In this document: piece after piece, positions 1-37,600 of the stretch
Position numbering within the stretch: the stretch's first letter is position 1
How the letters are laid out: the number at the start of each line of letters is the position of its first letter
DNA from: Macrostomum lignano
Taxonomy: Eukaryota
NCBI GenBank assembly: GCA_002269645.1
Contig: NIVC01000007.1
Span: 106,129 to 170,128 of the forward strand
Direction: 5' to 3'
DNA: 64,000 nt
Notes under the pieces: model-generated
Database searches by the model: none
The model's input: the letters and a program-made list of their open reading frames with translations, nothing else
Told to the model about the DNA's origin: nothing
Made by a program: the position numbers and the translations under genes

Positions 1-570
1 ATTGGCGCCCCCCAGTTGCCCTCCCCCAGTTGGCTCCCCAGTTCACTCCATGCGGAGATCTGCATATCAGCGCCACGTGATGCTCAATAGACACATGAGT
101 TAAACAGAAAGCAAAAGAATTCCAACAAATTGACCAGAAAATGAGAGGTGATGAAAAACACAAAAATCTTTAAGCGCTATTCGGCATCGTTGCGCAATCG
201 CTATTAGCAAGGACATGCAGTTAGTCGGCTTGTTTTAAACAAAAGTCGTCACTTTCCAAATTTCTATTTTGACCGTTCGCGTGCGAGCATCCCATTAAAT
301 GGCGCATGCGTGCGAGGGCAGAGGTGAGATAAAAAGCATTAAATATCTGCATGCCTGATTTGTGCGCCAGCCAAAGTGTGGCAGGCGGGAGGCTCAGATG
401 CTGCAGTGAGGCTGGGGTTTATAAGTGTCGCACAATGACGCAATAATTAAGTGAGTAATGAAAGAACTGGTCCCTGTCAAGTCAAAGGGGTGTTGATCCT
501 GCATGCAGTCCGCTTCACCGAATCAGTTTGCGTGCCGGCAAATTTAACAGCGGTTAAAACAGAACTGCAT

Positions 571-1165
571 AACAGGATTCTAGTCTATCTAACAGGATTC
601 TAGTCTATCTAACAGGATTCTAATCTATCTAACAGGATTCTAATCTATCTAACAGGATTCTAATCTATCTAACAGGATTCTAATCTATCTAACAGGATTC
701 TAATCTATCTAACAGGATTCTAATCTATCTAACAGGATTCTAATCTATCTAACAGGATTCTAATCTATCTTAACAGGACTCTAATGTATCTAACATGATT
801 CTAATCTATCTAACAGGATTCTAATCTATCTACAGGATTCTGATCTATCTACAGGATTCTAATCTATCTAACAGGATTCTAATCTATCTAACAGGATTCT
901 AATCTATCTACAGGATTCTAACCTATCTAACAGGAGTCTAATCTATCTTACAGGAGTCTAATCTATCTAACAGGAGTCTAATCTACCTAACAGGATTCTA
1001 ACCTATCTAACAGGATTCTAATCTATCTAACAGGATTCTAATCTATCTACAGGATTCTAACCTATCTAACAGGAGTCTAATCTATCTTACAGGAGTCTAA
1101 TCTATCTAACAGGATTCTAATCTATCTAACAGGATTCTAACCTATCTAACAGGATTCTAACCTAT
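571..1165. repeat. 20-bp tandem array (AACAGGATTCTAATCTATCT), about 30 copies, ending about 40 bp upstream of the neurogenin ATG
   Basis: Unit read directly from the sequence; near-perfect copies with occasional 1-bp indels. Confidence 0.97.
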
Positions 1166-1203
1166 ACCCCAATCTCCATCAATCCTCAGACAGCAGCTCA
1201 ACA

Positions 1204-1743
1204 ATGAACTCGGAAGCCGCGATGTCGTGCAGTTCGTCGCCTGCTCCACAGTCTCATGACCGCCGACCAAAGCCGCAGCCGCAGCCGCAGCAGCAGAGGC
1301 TGAAGCACCTCCGCAGGATGAAGGCGAACGATCGCGAGCGCAACCGGATGCACGGCCTGAACGACGCCCTGGAGACGCTGCGGCAAGTCCTGCCCAGCAT
1401 GGGCCAGCACGAGACCCGCCTGACCAAGATCGAGACCCTGCGCACCGCCTACGAGTACATCGCCTGGCTGTCCGACACTTTGAGGCGCCTGGACGCCGCC
1501 CAAGCTGCCCAGCCTCCCCCGGCTGCATCTGCAACTTGTTGCAATTTTATTGAGAGCATCTGCTATTGCCAGTCTTGTTGCTTTCAGCAACAGCAACAAC
1601 AGCAAGAAGTTAGCTATAGCAACTGGAATTTGCAGCAGCAGCAGCAGCAGCAGCACCAACCAACTTTTCAAGCATCCACACCGGAGGAAGCTTCAACTAT
1701 GCACGGACAGTTTTACGACATCAATCGGCCGTATTCGTTTTAA
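1204..1743 (+). CDS. ngn: Neurogenin-family (atonal superfamily) proneural bHLH transcription factor, single exon, 179 aa, poly-Gln tail
   Basis: b[31 protein letters not shown]...[19 protein letters not shown] matches the neurogenin signature [17 protein letters not shown]...LTKIETLR; AATAAA near 1980 and 2027. Confidence 0.9.
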   Translation: MNSEAAMSCSSSPAPQSHDRRPKPQPQPQQQRLKHLRRMKANDRERNRMHGLNDALETLRQVLPSMGQHETRLTKIETLRTAYEYIAWLSDTLRRLDAAQAAQPPPAASATCCNFIESICYCQSCCFQQQQQQQEVSYSNWNLQQQQQQQHQPTFQASTPEEASTMHGQFYDINRPYSF

Positions 1744-2050
1744 TTCTTTTCCTAAATTATAAAATTGGTCAACACATGCGCGTGTTTGATACTGATAGTA
1801 GTGCAGCGTGAGACCGAATAATTTTATACATTTCTCTTTTAATTGCTCAAATAATTGCGTAATGATTTAACTGCTTGCTATTTAAGTAGTACGAATAGTG
1901 TAAAAAATTTACCTGTAATATTACTATTTTCACCTGCCTACGCAGCTGTAGTTCTGCCATCAGCTAAATAAATTTTCAATAAAATTATTGGTACAAATAT
2001 TTGTACCTCTGAAAATATTTTGACTTAATAAAACATTAGCATTTTCTAAT

Positions 2051-2266
2051 GAGAGATTATCAAGGGAGAGATTATCAAGGGAGAGATTATCAAGAGAGAG
2101 ATTATCAAGGGAGAGATTATCAAGAGAGAGATTATCAAGAGAGAGATTATCAAGGGAGAGATTATCAAGGGAGAGATTATCAAGAGAGAGATTATCAAGG
2201 GAGAGATTATCAAGAGAGAGATTATCAAGGGAGAGATTATCAAGGGAGAGATTATCAAGGGAGAGA
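2051..2266. repeat. 15-bp tandem array (GAGAGATTATCAAGG), about 14 copies; related degenerate GGGTGAGATTATCAA copies at about 3160-3360
   Basis: Direct reading; source of the spurious RDYQG/PLIIS ORFs. Confidence 0.95.
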
Positions 2267-3809
2267 CCAAGGGATTCAATTTTTAGCGGCAGTTGAAGCC
2301 CAAACGGCCTACTTTAAATTTTCAAATAAACAAATATAAGTGTTGAAAGACTGGAGTTATGATAACAAAGATATTCAGTATGAGACGCGTGAGCATTAAG
2401 TTGGCTACTATATTTGATACGTTCCACTGTACGCAGTTCTCAACATCTCAGCGTGCGCGTGTACTACTTCTACTTGTGACAGTAGTAAGATTTAATTTTT
2501 AATCAGCGGGTTGCGGGTTGCAAAAAAGGTAAAAATTACCTTCAACTATAACGGTGAAATCAGCTAGATTGAATAATTTTACGCGTGGCGATTCTGTCGC
2601 GTAAAATCTTGTGCGTAACTGTCGGAAAAATGCTTACTATTTACTGACAGAATCGGTCGCAAGTAGTCTAAAAGCATGTTTATTTATTGTATATTTATTA
2701 TTGCAAAAATACTTTATAGTCTAAATTGAGTAAAGGTTTGAACAATATTTTGGAAAAAAATAGTTAAATAATTAGTAACATAAGTGTCACAATGGTCATG
2801 CAATTTGATTTATGATTGTGTATGACTAATTCTATATTATAGGCTGGGTCATTCTGTGGGTCAAGCGCTGATGCATATTGCAGAATTTATTTTACAAATT
2901 CGCAGATTCAGTCGCTAAAGAGGAGAGAAGTTTGTACAAATCTTATGATCAAACTATGATAAAATTTCATGTCTATAAAAACGAAGTTGTTCGATGGTGA
3001 TGGTACATTACCAAATCTCGTGCAGAAAAATATAACTACATTCAAACGAAGCATTTCATAGAAAATTTATTGAAAAAAAACACTTAAAGAACAGCAAGTC
3101 TGTAACACCAATCAGTGTTTGTATCTGTGAAGAGGATTAATACATTCAATACTTGTCTAGGGGTGAGATTATCAAATAGAGATTTGATAACTTTAGGGGT
3201 GAGATTATCAATAAGAGATTTGATCTCTCCGGGGTGAGATTATCAATGAGAGCTTTTATATCTCCGAGATGAGGTTGTCTATAAGAGATTTGATATGTCT
3301 AGGGGTGAGATTATCAATAAAAGAGATCGATGATTCTACATGGAGATTAATAATGAGAATCAAGGTAAGTGAGATTCACAATGCTATTCTATGTTAAGAG
3401 TTCACTATAAAATATTGCACTAGAACAAAATCTAAGCTTGCTTGACCTCTCTTGTCAAATTAGCATCGACATGTTACAATGAATTACAGAACAAAAACGT
3501 AAAAATTCAAGTAATTTTCAATACCTCAGTTTGTGCTCAGAGAATTCAATTAGCAATCATAAATCGGATTGACCAATTTGTAAACATATTGTTTAGCGAA
3601 TCATTGAGTTCGCTCAGTTGGTTAACTTATCCACCAACTGATTTGATCAATTGAGCAATCTATCACTCAATTAATCAGCTGACTAATTGAGCAAAAAATT
3701 ACCCAATCAACAAAAAAGTCAGTAAACTATTTAATTGATAAATCAAATCAACTTGCCAATCGATGAGACAACACCAAGTATTCCTTCCACGAATTGGTCT
3801 ATCAGTGAG

Positions 3810-3921
3810 TCATCAATCAACCAACAAAACAATCAATCAATCATTCAATCATTCAATCAATCAACCAACCAATAAATCAATCAATCAATCAATCAATCAA
3901 TCGATCAATCAATCAATCAAC

Positions 3922-3954
<33 letters not shown>

Positions 3955-4166
3955 GATCAATCAATCAATCAACCAACCAATCAATCAATCAATCAACCAA
4001 CCAACCAACCAATCAATCAATTAATAAATTAATCAATAAATCAACCAATCAATCAATCAACCAACCAATCAATCAATCAATCAATTAATCAATCAACCAA
4101 CCAAAAAATCAATCAATCAATCAACCAAAAAATCAATCAATCAATCAATTAACAAATTAATCAGTC

Positions 4167-4232
<66 letters not shown>

Positions 4233-4300
4233 CCAATCAATCAACCAATCAATCAATCAACCAATCAATCGATCAATCAGTCAATTAACCAATCAAGCTA
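3810..4300. repeat. (CAAT/CAAC)n microsatellite just downstream of the SLC4 stop codon
   Basis: Direct reading. Confidence 0.95.
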
Positions 4301-4312
4301 TCAATCAAATCC

Positions 4313-29443
<25,131 letters not shown>

Positions 29444-31661
29444 TTTGTCGTCCTCAGTGACTTGTAAAGCAAATTCCTATGCATGAATATTAAAGACTTA
29501 ACTTCAGGCCTTGCTTTACTTTTTGGAGGAAAGTTTTAATAAAATATACTTTTGAATATTCTCTTAATTAAAATAAAATTGTTTAACTTAGTTCCATCTT
29601 TTTACCATAATTTTATTAAAAAACGAACTGTTGAATCACACAAAAATTTTCCAAATAAATGTAAATAAAATTTTATTCATCTATACCTACTTATTTTTAT
29701 ACATAGTTAGCACAAAGTAATATTTGTAAATGCATATACATATAATAACAGCATTTTAATAACTGTCCATTTAAAATGAAAGTAAAAATATCAATTTAAT
29801 TGATGCTAGAAAATAAATTCCATTTTGATATAATATTATTTTCTCGGTACATATATATTTAAATATTCTAATTAAATTAGACCTATAATATTTTCATTAA
29901 TACATATTGTAGCCTTAGAACAGTTCTAAATGTTATATAATTACATGCACCTAAATCTTGAAAATATGTACACATTATGTTTTTAATTAGAGCTGTAAAT
30001 TTTTGCTATTATAAAGTAGCACTCTATAGAAAGTCAACACCAAAATAAGTTATTAATTATTTAGGTATTCTCTTAGATGGAATGTACACAAATATTGATT
30101 AAACATAAAGCATAATTATTAAAAAAGTATTTTACGAGCTTCTACATGTAGAATTAAAACGTGATAATACAGGATAGAAGCGAGTATTTATAAAATTATA
30201 AAATCTACAATACGTGTGCGTCTTAATGCATGACACGCTGCGCAAGCTGAATTCTTACTAGCGTATTTCTAGCTTTTTAAAAAGTTCGAATCTCAGATGC
30301 GCGATATCTAGACATTATAACAAATTACAACTTTCTGCTAATAAAACCCGCTCACAAAAATGTAGAAAGATTGATTTTAACGCATTTCATTAAATCAGTT
30401 CGATGCTTTATCAATATTTTACAAAGCTACGAACATGTATTTGAATAATGCTCGTACCAGAGCGTTTTTTGCTACATGGTAGTCGCTTACGCTAGCTCAC
30501 AACTCACAATAAATGTAATATTTCAAGCTTGTGAAAGCGACCCAGTAAAAATCTGTCTGGCGATAATCAATAATTCGCAGCATTCCTTTTTTACTGCACA
30601 TTGACTTGGAGGTTGCACACAATTCTTACAACCTAAAGTTAGTAGTTATTAAAGAAATGTATGTAGCTAAGACTTTTGTATCAGAGGAATTGAATTTTCA
30701 ATTGATTCGATCATTAATGACCTTTTAATGCATGAAAATAACGAATAAATAAAGGAACACAACAAAATATCGGCATTAGTTATAAACTTCACAGAAGGGC
30801 AACAGAACTACCAAAACTATGCTTGTACTTTAACAAGTTCGAAAGTATATTTTTATTAGCAAAAAAACAGCGATTGATATTCAAGTTTGTAAATATTTGT
30901 CAAAGCAGGTTTAAAAATAAATGACTTATTTAATAAATAACAAAAGCTACTGCAAGAGTGTGGGAAAAGCTGGAAGGCTAAGAGGTTAAAGAAGCTTAAA
31001 GGCAAAAAACAGGTTCAATCCAAACAAACATGCAAAATTCTAAAAAGTATGCGGTTCATGCAAAAAATTAACAAATACAAAATGTTTGCAAATACGATTG
31101 ACATTAAAAATAGTATAAATAAATTGGTTCACGAGCAATATCTAATGTCATATTAGGTGACAATACAAAAATTTTTATTTGCATTTATAATATAGTGAAG
31201 CAGCTTTAATATAATAGTTAGTCAAAAACGCATTGAACTTAGCACTGGCCAATTTGTCAACTTTATGAGTGCAGACACGAGCGTGAATACAGATAAGGTA
31301 CAAGCAAAGGCAACAAGCACTTAGAATAATACTGCTTCGAAAATTTCAATCAAATTAGTCTAGCATGCGATCAATGCAATAATAATTTGCATACAAGTAC
31401 ATTAAGGCTTTGTTTTAAAGGGAAGTTTCAAACTCGACTTCCATTTTAGTTTAGTCGTTAAGTTAGTTAAGAGCAAATAAGGCCTGACATAAGACATGCC
31501 AAGAGCACTCCGCCCTCTTTAAAACATCTCTTAAAAATCCACACGGGTTGCGCAACAGTCCGCACATTCAAACAGGCAACTCAGGCTTCAGACACGAACC
31601 CCCCATCGAGCACGCCTGGGACTTGGGTAAAGCGAAGTCAGAAGTCTTCAACCAATCAAAT

Positions 31662-34600
31662 CTATTCATTGGAGTCCAGACTGCAAGGCCGGCGAAACTC
31701 TTGATCCCGCTCGTGGAACCACTTGTTCATGACCCACTTGGAGCCATGCAGCACGGGGCAGGCCGCGTGTCTGGTGAGCATCTCACCTTCGCCACTGCGT
31801 TTCAGGTTAAACCAGAACGCTGCAGAGCCTCTCGTAGGCAGCAGGCGGACACCCAAATCGGTGAACACGGTGGCTCCACCAGCTGGCACATCCGACAGGT
31901 AATAGAGCAGAGTTGCTATGCGGTTGCCCTGGGCCCGTTCGAACGAGTTCACCTCGCGTCTGTGCGCAAAATCGTAATGCGGCTCGTAGTGGCCGCCCAG
32001 GCCGTAGTTAACCACCTGTAAAAATAGGTTGGACTCGGAGTAAATGCTTTTGTTTAATTGTTTTGTGCAAACTAATGGTGGTCCCTTCAAAACTAGTAGA
32101 GGACTTTAAAGTGGTCCTTTTTCAGCTGAAGGACCCAAAAGTGGTTTTTAAGGTTAGAGGCCCAGAAGTGGTCTTTTCAACTAGAGGACCTAAAATTAGA
32201 CATTTTAGCTGATGATCTAAAAGTGGTACTTTTATTTATCATTAGAGGACCTAAAAGTGGTCCTCTTAGTTAGAGGTCCTTAAAATGATCATTTTAGCTG
32301 GAGGTCCTAGAAGCGGTCCTTTTGGCTAGAGGTCCTAAAACTGGTCCTTTTAGATAGAGGTCCTAAAACTGGTCCTTTTAGATAGAGGTCCTAAAACTGG
32401 TCCTTTTAGATAAAGGTTCTAAAACTGGTCCTTTTAGATAGAGGTCCTAAAACTGGTCCTTTTAGATAGAGGTCTTAAAACTGGTTCTTTTAGATGGAGG
32501 TTCTAAAACTGGTTCTTTTAGATAGAGGTCCTAAAACTGGTCCTTTTAGATAAAGGTCCTAAAACTGGTCCTTTTAGATAGAGGTCCTAAAACTGGTCCT
32601 TTTAGATAGAGGTCCTAAAACTGGTCCTTTTAGATAGAGGTCCTAAAACTGGTCCTTTTAGATAGAGGTCCTAAAACTGGTCCTTTTAGATAGAGGTCCT
32701 AAAACTGGTCTTTTTAGATAGAGGTCCTAAAACTGGTCCTTTTAGATAGAGGTCCTAAAACTGGTCCTTTTAGATAGAGGTTCTTAAAGTGGCTCTTTTA
32801 GCGACGAAATCAAGGGGCCGCTTTCTACAGATCATTCTACGTACCAAACAGTATATTTATTACAAAGAACCGTCACAGACAGACAACTCCAACCTGCAAT
32901 TCCTCGGCAGACGCCACACTCAGTCCAGTCAGCAGCTCGATGCGCCGATCCAGATTTTCAATAGCCGGGTGCAGAACGGATTGCAGCCAGGCGCTTTTGC
33001 TGATCCGATAACGGGCAGTCACCAGGCGGCCAGTTGCGGGGTCCTGCACGGTGGCTCGGCGCAGCCGGGGCTCCGCCAGCTGACGAATAGTGGCCGTCTC
33101 CGCTGTCCCGATGATGCCATGCCATAACACTATGAGGGGCCGCCAGTGCGCAATCTGGAGATCCATTTTATTTGGTTGCTTTTCTAAGAAAACTTGGTTC
33201 AAATAGTCGGAAAAGGATCCCCAGATTCCTGATCCCGAGTGAATCATCTTAACTTAACAATCCCAATAAATCATCTCAGAAATCAAAACTTTAACATTCA
33301 TGGATTCTAATTGGACCCAGATTCCAAATCCCAAATGATCCCCAGATTCCAAATCCGAACTGATCCCAGATTCCAAATCCCAATTCATACCAGATTCCAA
33401 CTCCGAAATGATCCCAGATTCCAAATCCGAACTGATCCCAGATTCCAAATCCCAATTCATCCCAGATTCCAAATTTCAAATGATCCCAGATTCCAAATCC
33501 GAAATGATCCCAGATTCCAAATCCCAAATGATCCCAGATTCCAAATCCCAATTCATTCCAGATTCCAAATCCGAACTGATCCCAGATTCTAAAATCCCAA
33601 ATGATCCCAAATTCTAAAATCCCAAATGATCCGAGATTCCTAAATCCTAACTGATCCCAGATTCCAAAATCCCAAATGATCCGAGATTCCTAAATCCTAA
33701 CTGATCCCAGATTCCAAAATCCCAAATGATCCGAGATTCCTAAATCCTAACTGATCCCAGATTCCAAAATCGCAAATGATCCCAGATTCCAAAATCCCAA
33801 ATGATCCCAGATTCCAAAATCCCAAATGATCCGAGATTCCTAAATCCTAACTGATCCCAGATTCCAAAATCCTAATTGATCCCACATTCCAAAATCCCAA
33901 CTGATCCCAGATTCCAAAATCCCAACTGATCTCAGACTACAAAATCCCAATGATCCCAGATTCCAAAATCCCAACTGATCTCAGACTACAAAATCCCAAC
34001 TGATCCCAGATTCCAAAATCCCAACTGATCTCAGATTACAAAATCCCAACTGATCCCAGATTCAAAAATCCCAACCAATCCCAGATTTTAAAACCCATTG
34101 ATCCTGGATTCCATTTTTGCTGTCAAAGCTTAGAAATGTAACAATGATCTTTTCGAGAATAGTTATCAATAAGACTACAAACAAACAAAAACCCTGACCT
34201 CTTCCTTAACCGGAGCCAAATAGAAATAGGCATGCGGCCGATGGTACCGACACACCAGCGGCTTATTGGAAGCCACCGATTCGAAGTCACCAGGCAGCAG
34301 TTGGCCTCGGCACAGCCGTTTGTAGCGCTGGAACTCGGCGCTGGCGTACCAGCCCTCCCGGTGCGGCGCATTGTGCCGGATGGCCTCCTCGTCCTCGGCT
34401 GACCCTGTGTCGCCTTTGCGGCGTGGCCCACCAGCGGCCAGCTCGTTGGCCAATTGCCGTTCGAAATGCGCCCGATTGTTGAGCGCCCGTTCGTGACCGG
34501 GCTCTAGCACTAGCAACTCGTTGGTCAGCGCCAGCGCCTCCTGTAGGTGGCCTTGCTGCAGACAGTAAATTAAAAAAAGGTAAAAGGCAGGAGTAACTAT

Positions 34601-37600
34601 CTATAGTTTATAATACAAACATGCTTCGTCAGCTTAGTAGCATAAATTAGCGTGTTGATACCTTGTAGAGAACATACGCCAAGTAGTCCAAAATCCTGCT
34701 GCGCTTAAGGCCCTGGCTGCTAATAGTTCGATCACCCATTTGGCCAAGGGCCACAGAGAACCAGTCTTTGGCATGGTATAGATCTCCTTTGGTGTACGCA
34801 AAGAGTGCAATGGCAAAGCACTCATCCGCTAAAATGCAGTAGAAATATATTTTATTGATGTATAACTTTAGCAAAAACTGAAATAAAAGGAACATCCGAT
34901 TTTATTCACTTAAAACGTTATATATAACTTTACTTAAAATAAATGATAATTTATAGAAATGAAAGCTTATAGCTTTGGCATAGCAAAAATATTTTTGGGG
35001 GGTGGGCAATACCTTATAGTGATAAAACAATGCAAAAACTTAATGGAAAAATAGTAAAAAAGTTCAATTTTATAGACCTAGACACCCAACTCTAATACTC
35101 CTACTCTTCCTTAGCTATGTGAGATAGCTTCACATATAATAATGTTCAGCAAATTTGATTTCCTGCCAAAAGCTCTTAAAAATTTGTTTGAATACAAAAA
35201 AACAATTGTTTTATTATGCGCTATTTTGTTAAACTGTAAAAGAATCAATTGGAAAACATCCCAAAATGATGTAGATATACAGGAGCTAAAGAAGAAAGTT
35301 GTAACCTTAACTTTTTTCAACCTGTTTTGCTCTTACAAACAATTATAGTGCCCACTTAAGCTATTTTGAGAAGTAGTTTTTGCCAATTATGCATGGCAGT
35401 GTTTGCTACTAGAGTAATGGTTGCAGACCAAGAGTGTTCAAGTTGCATTGCCCAATGCCAGGTATAAAGTGGATGAGTCCCTATGAATTAAAGCATGTTG
35501 CAAAGTGAGAGTGAAAGTTGCATTGCCCAATGCTAGGTATAGAGATAGATAAGTCCCTAGGAATTAAAGCATGTTGCAAAGTGAGAGTGAAAGTTGCATT
35601 GCCCAATGCTAGGTATAGAGATAGATAAGTCCCTAGGAATTAAAGTCAAGTCACGAGTTTGCAACTTTGGGCTTATGAAATAAAGTAAAAACAATATGAA
35701 AATTAAAACTTCATTACATAGCTATATGAAAATATAATAGAGTAACATGTTGTGCATGGTAAATTAAAAGAATGGTAGTCTTCACTGCCCCAGATCAAAT
35801 ACAATCACAGATTTTGTGACGAAAAACAGATTTTTTCCTATCTTCGCAGTGTATTTTTTCCAGGAAATCGTGGCCTCCAAAAAATTGCACGATCTTTGAG
35901 TTTTACATCCTGTTAGTCTAGAGGTCCTTGATTAAAGCATATTGCAGAGTGAGAGTGAAAGTTGCATTGCCCAATGCTAGGTATAGAGATAGATAAGTCC
36001 CTAGGAATTAAAGCATGTTGCTAGTCTGAAGTGTAATGTACCAGTGAGTCCTGATTAGTAAATCCATGAAGGAAGCTGGAAAACCCTCAATCACTGGTAA
36101 CACCACTTTGGACTTGTTAGGATTAATAATAGTCAACAATGTCTTGCCACTTGGGCACTGAAGCCACCAAGGGCACCTTGTACTAATGATAAACTCACAG
36201 AGTTTAATAATAGTAAGCATCAAGGATATTAGCAATAAAGTAAGGACTTTGAAACACTAGCTAAACTCCATGAGACTCCATGCATTGCTACATACAGTAG
36301 GCCATTTGAGGTTGCACATTGTCCCATTGTCAAAGAATATCCAACAGGTGAATTGGCTTTGACCTGAGAATATGCCAAACGTCTTCTATGTGCTAAATAA
36401 ATTCAAAGATGCCATTAGTCATTTGTATCAATAGTTTGCTTTATATAAATTCAATGGATCCAATGCAGCACTTGTTTGGAGTGAAAGCAACCAATAGCAT
36501 TATCTTTGCATTATTAATAGAGCACTTGACAACATAAAATCAATTAGCCCCTTGGCCAAGCCAGCACTTATTGTTTTGCTTTGTGTCAATATTTTTCAGG
36601 TATACCCATGTCTTATCTTTTACCATATACTTGTTGCAATTGATATTAGTAGTATTGTTCTCCTTGGAAAGAGCAAGTGGAACCCAAATAGCAAAAAAAT
36701 TTTGAGGGGGAAATCCTTAGTCAAAATTTCATGCATTGTTTTTCTAACTACCACAAAATAAATGAAATAGTACAATAGGTCTCATTTAATTCTATTGTCC
36801 TTATTGACTATTGTTGACCAGTCCAAGGAGCTAAGACACTAGGCATACATGCCCAATCTCAAAATTTCACCCATTTAGTGCAATTTAGTTTTGTCCAGAT
36901 TTGCAACTTAGTTCCTCTCAATTGCAACTTAGTTCCCCTGATTACAACTTAATTTTCACTTTTTATATGACTTTTCTTGCCTTGCCTTTTTTCTCTTTCC
37001 CTCTCCTCTTTCCTTTTTCTTTCTTCTTCTTCCTTTCTTTTCCTTTCTTTTCTTTATTCCTCCAATTTTTTTATTTTTTGCATTTTCATTTTTGCAACTT
37101 ACATTGGCCAGTGGCCATTTCCAGTGTTGGGCAAGTTACTCAAAAAAAGTAACTTGCGTTATTGTAACTTAAGTTACCAATTTTTAAAAAGTAACTTATG
37201 TTAGCCTAGTAACTTTAGACAAAAACCTAGTACTTTTAGGTTACTATCCATTACTCACTTCCATTACCCATGCTCTTAACAAAAATTTTCAGCTTTTTTC
37301 ACATTGTTGTTACTGAAATTTGCCATTGGGCATTGGGATTAACCAATTAACAGACAGAGACAGGAATTGGCAACACAATGTGAGGCAAGTAGAAGGACCA
37401 ATTGGCAATGGCAATCAATAATTTAAATTATAAATGATAAAATAAACAAATATCAATAATTCAATAGAGTAAAAAAAATAGAACTGTATAAAATGGTGTA
37501 GTGTACTGCAGTGCCAGTGGAGGGACTTGTAGAGGCTACAGATGAATTTCTTTCTTTGGTTGTTTGTTTGAATTAAACTTGAAAATTTTTAGTAACGAAA

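Noticed and set aside
36008-36420. Possible retroelement or exon remnant in P4HA intron 1
   Set aside because: All frames are interrupted and I recognised no diagnostic motif.
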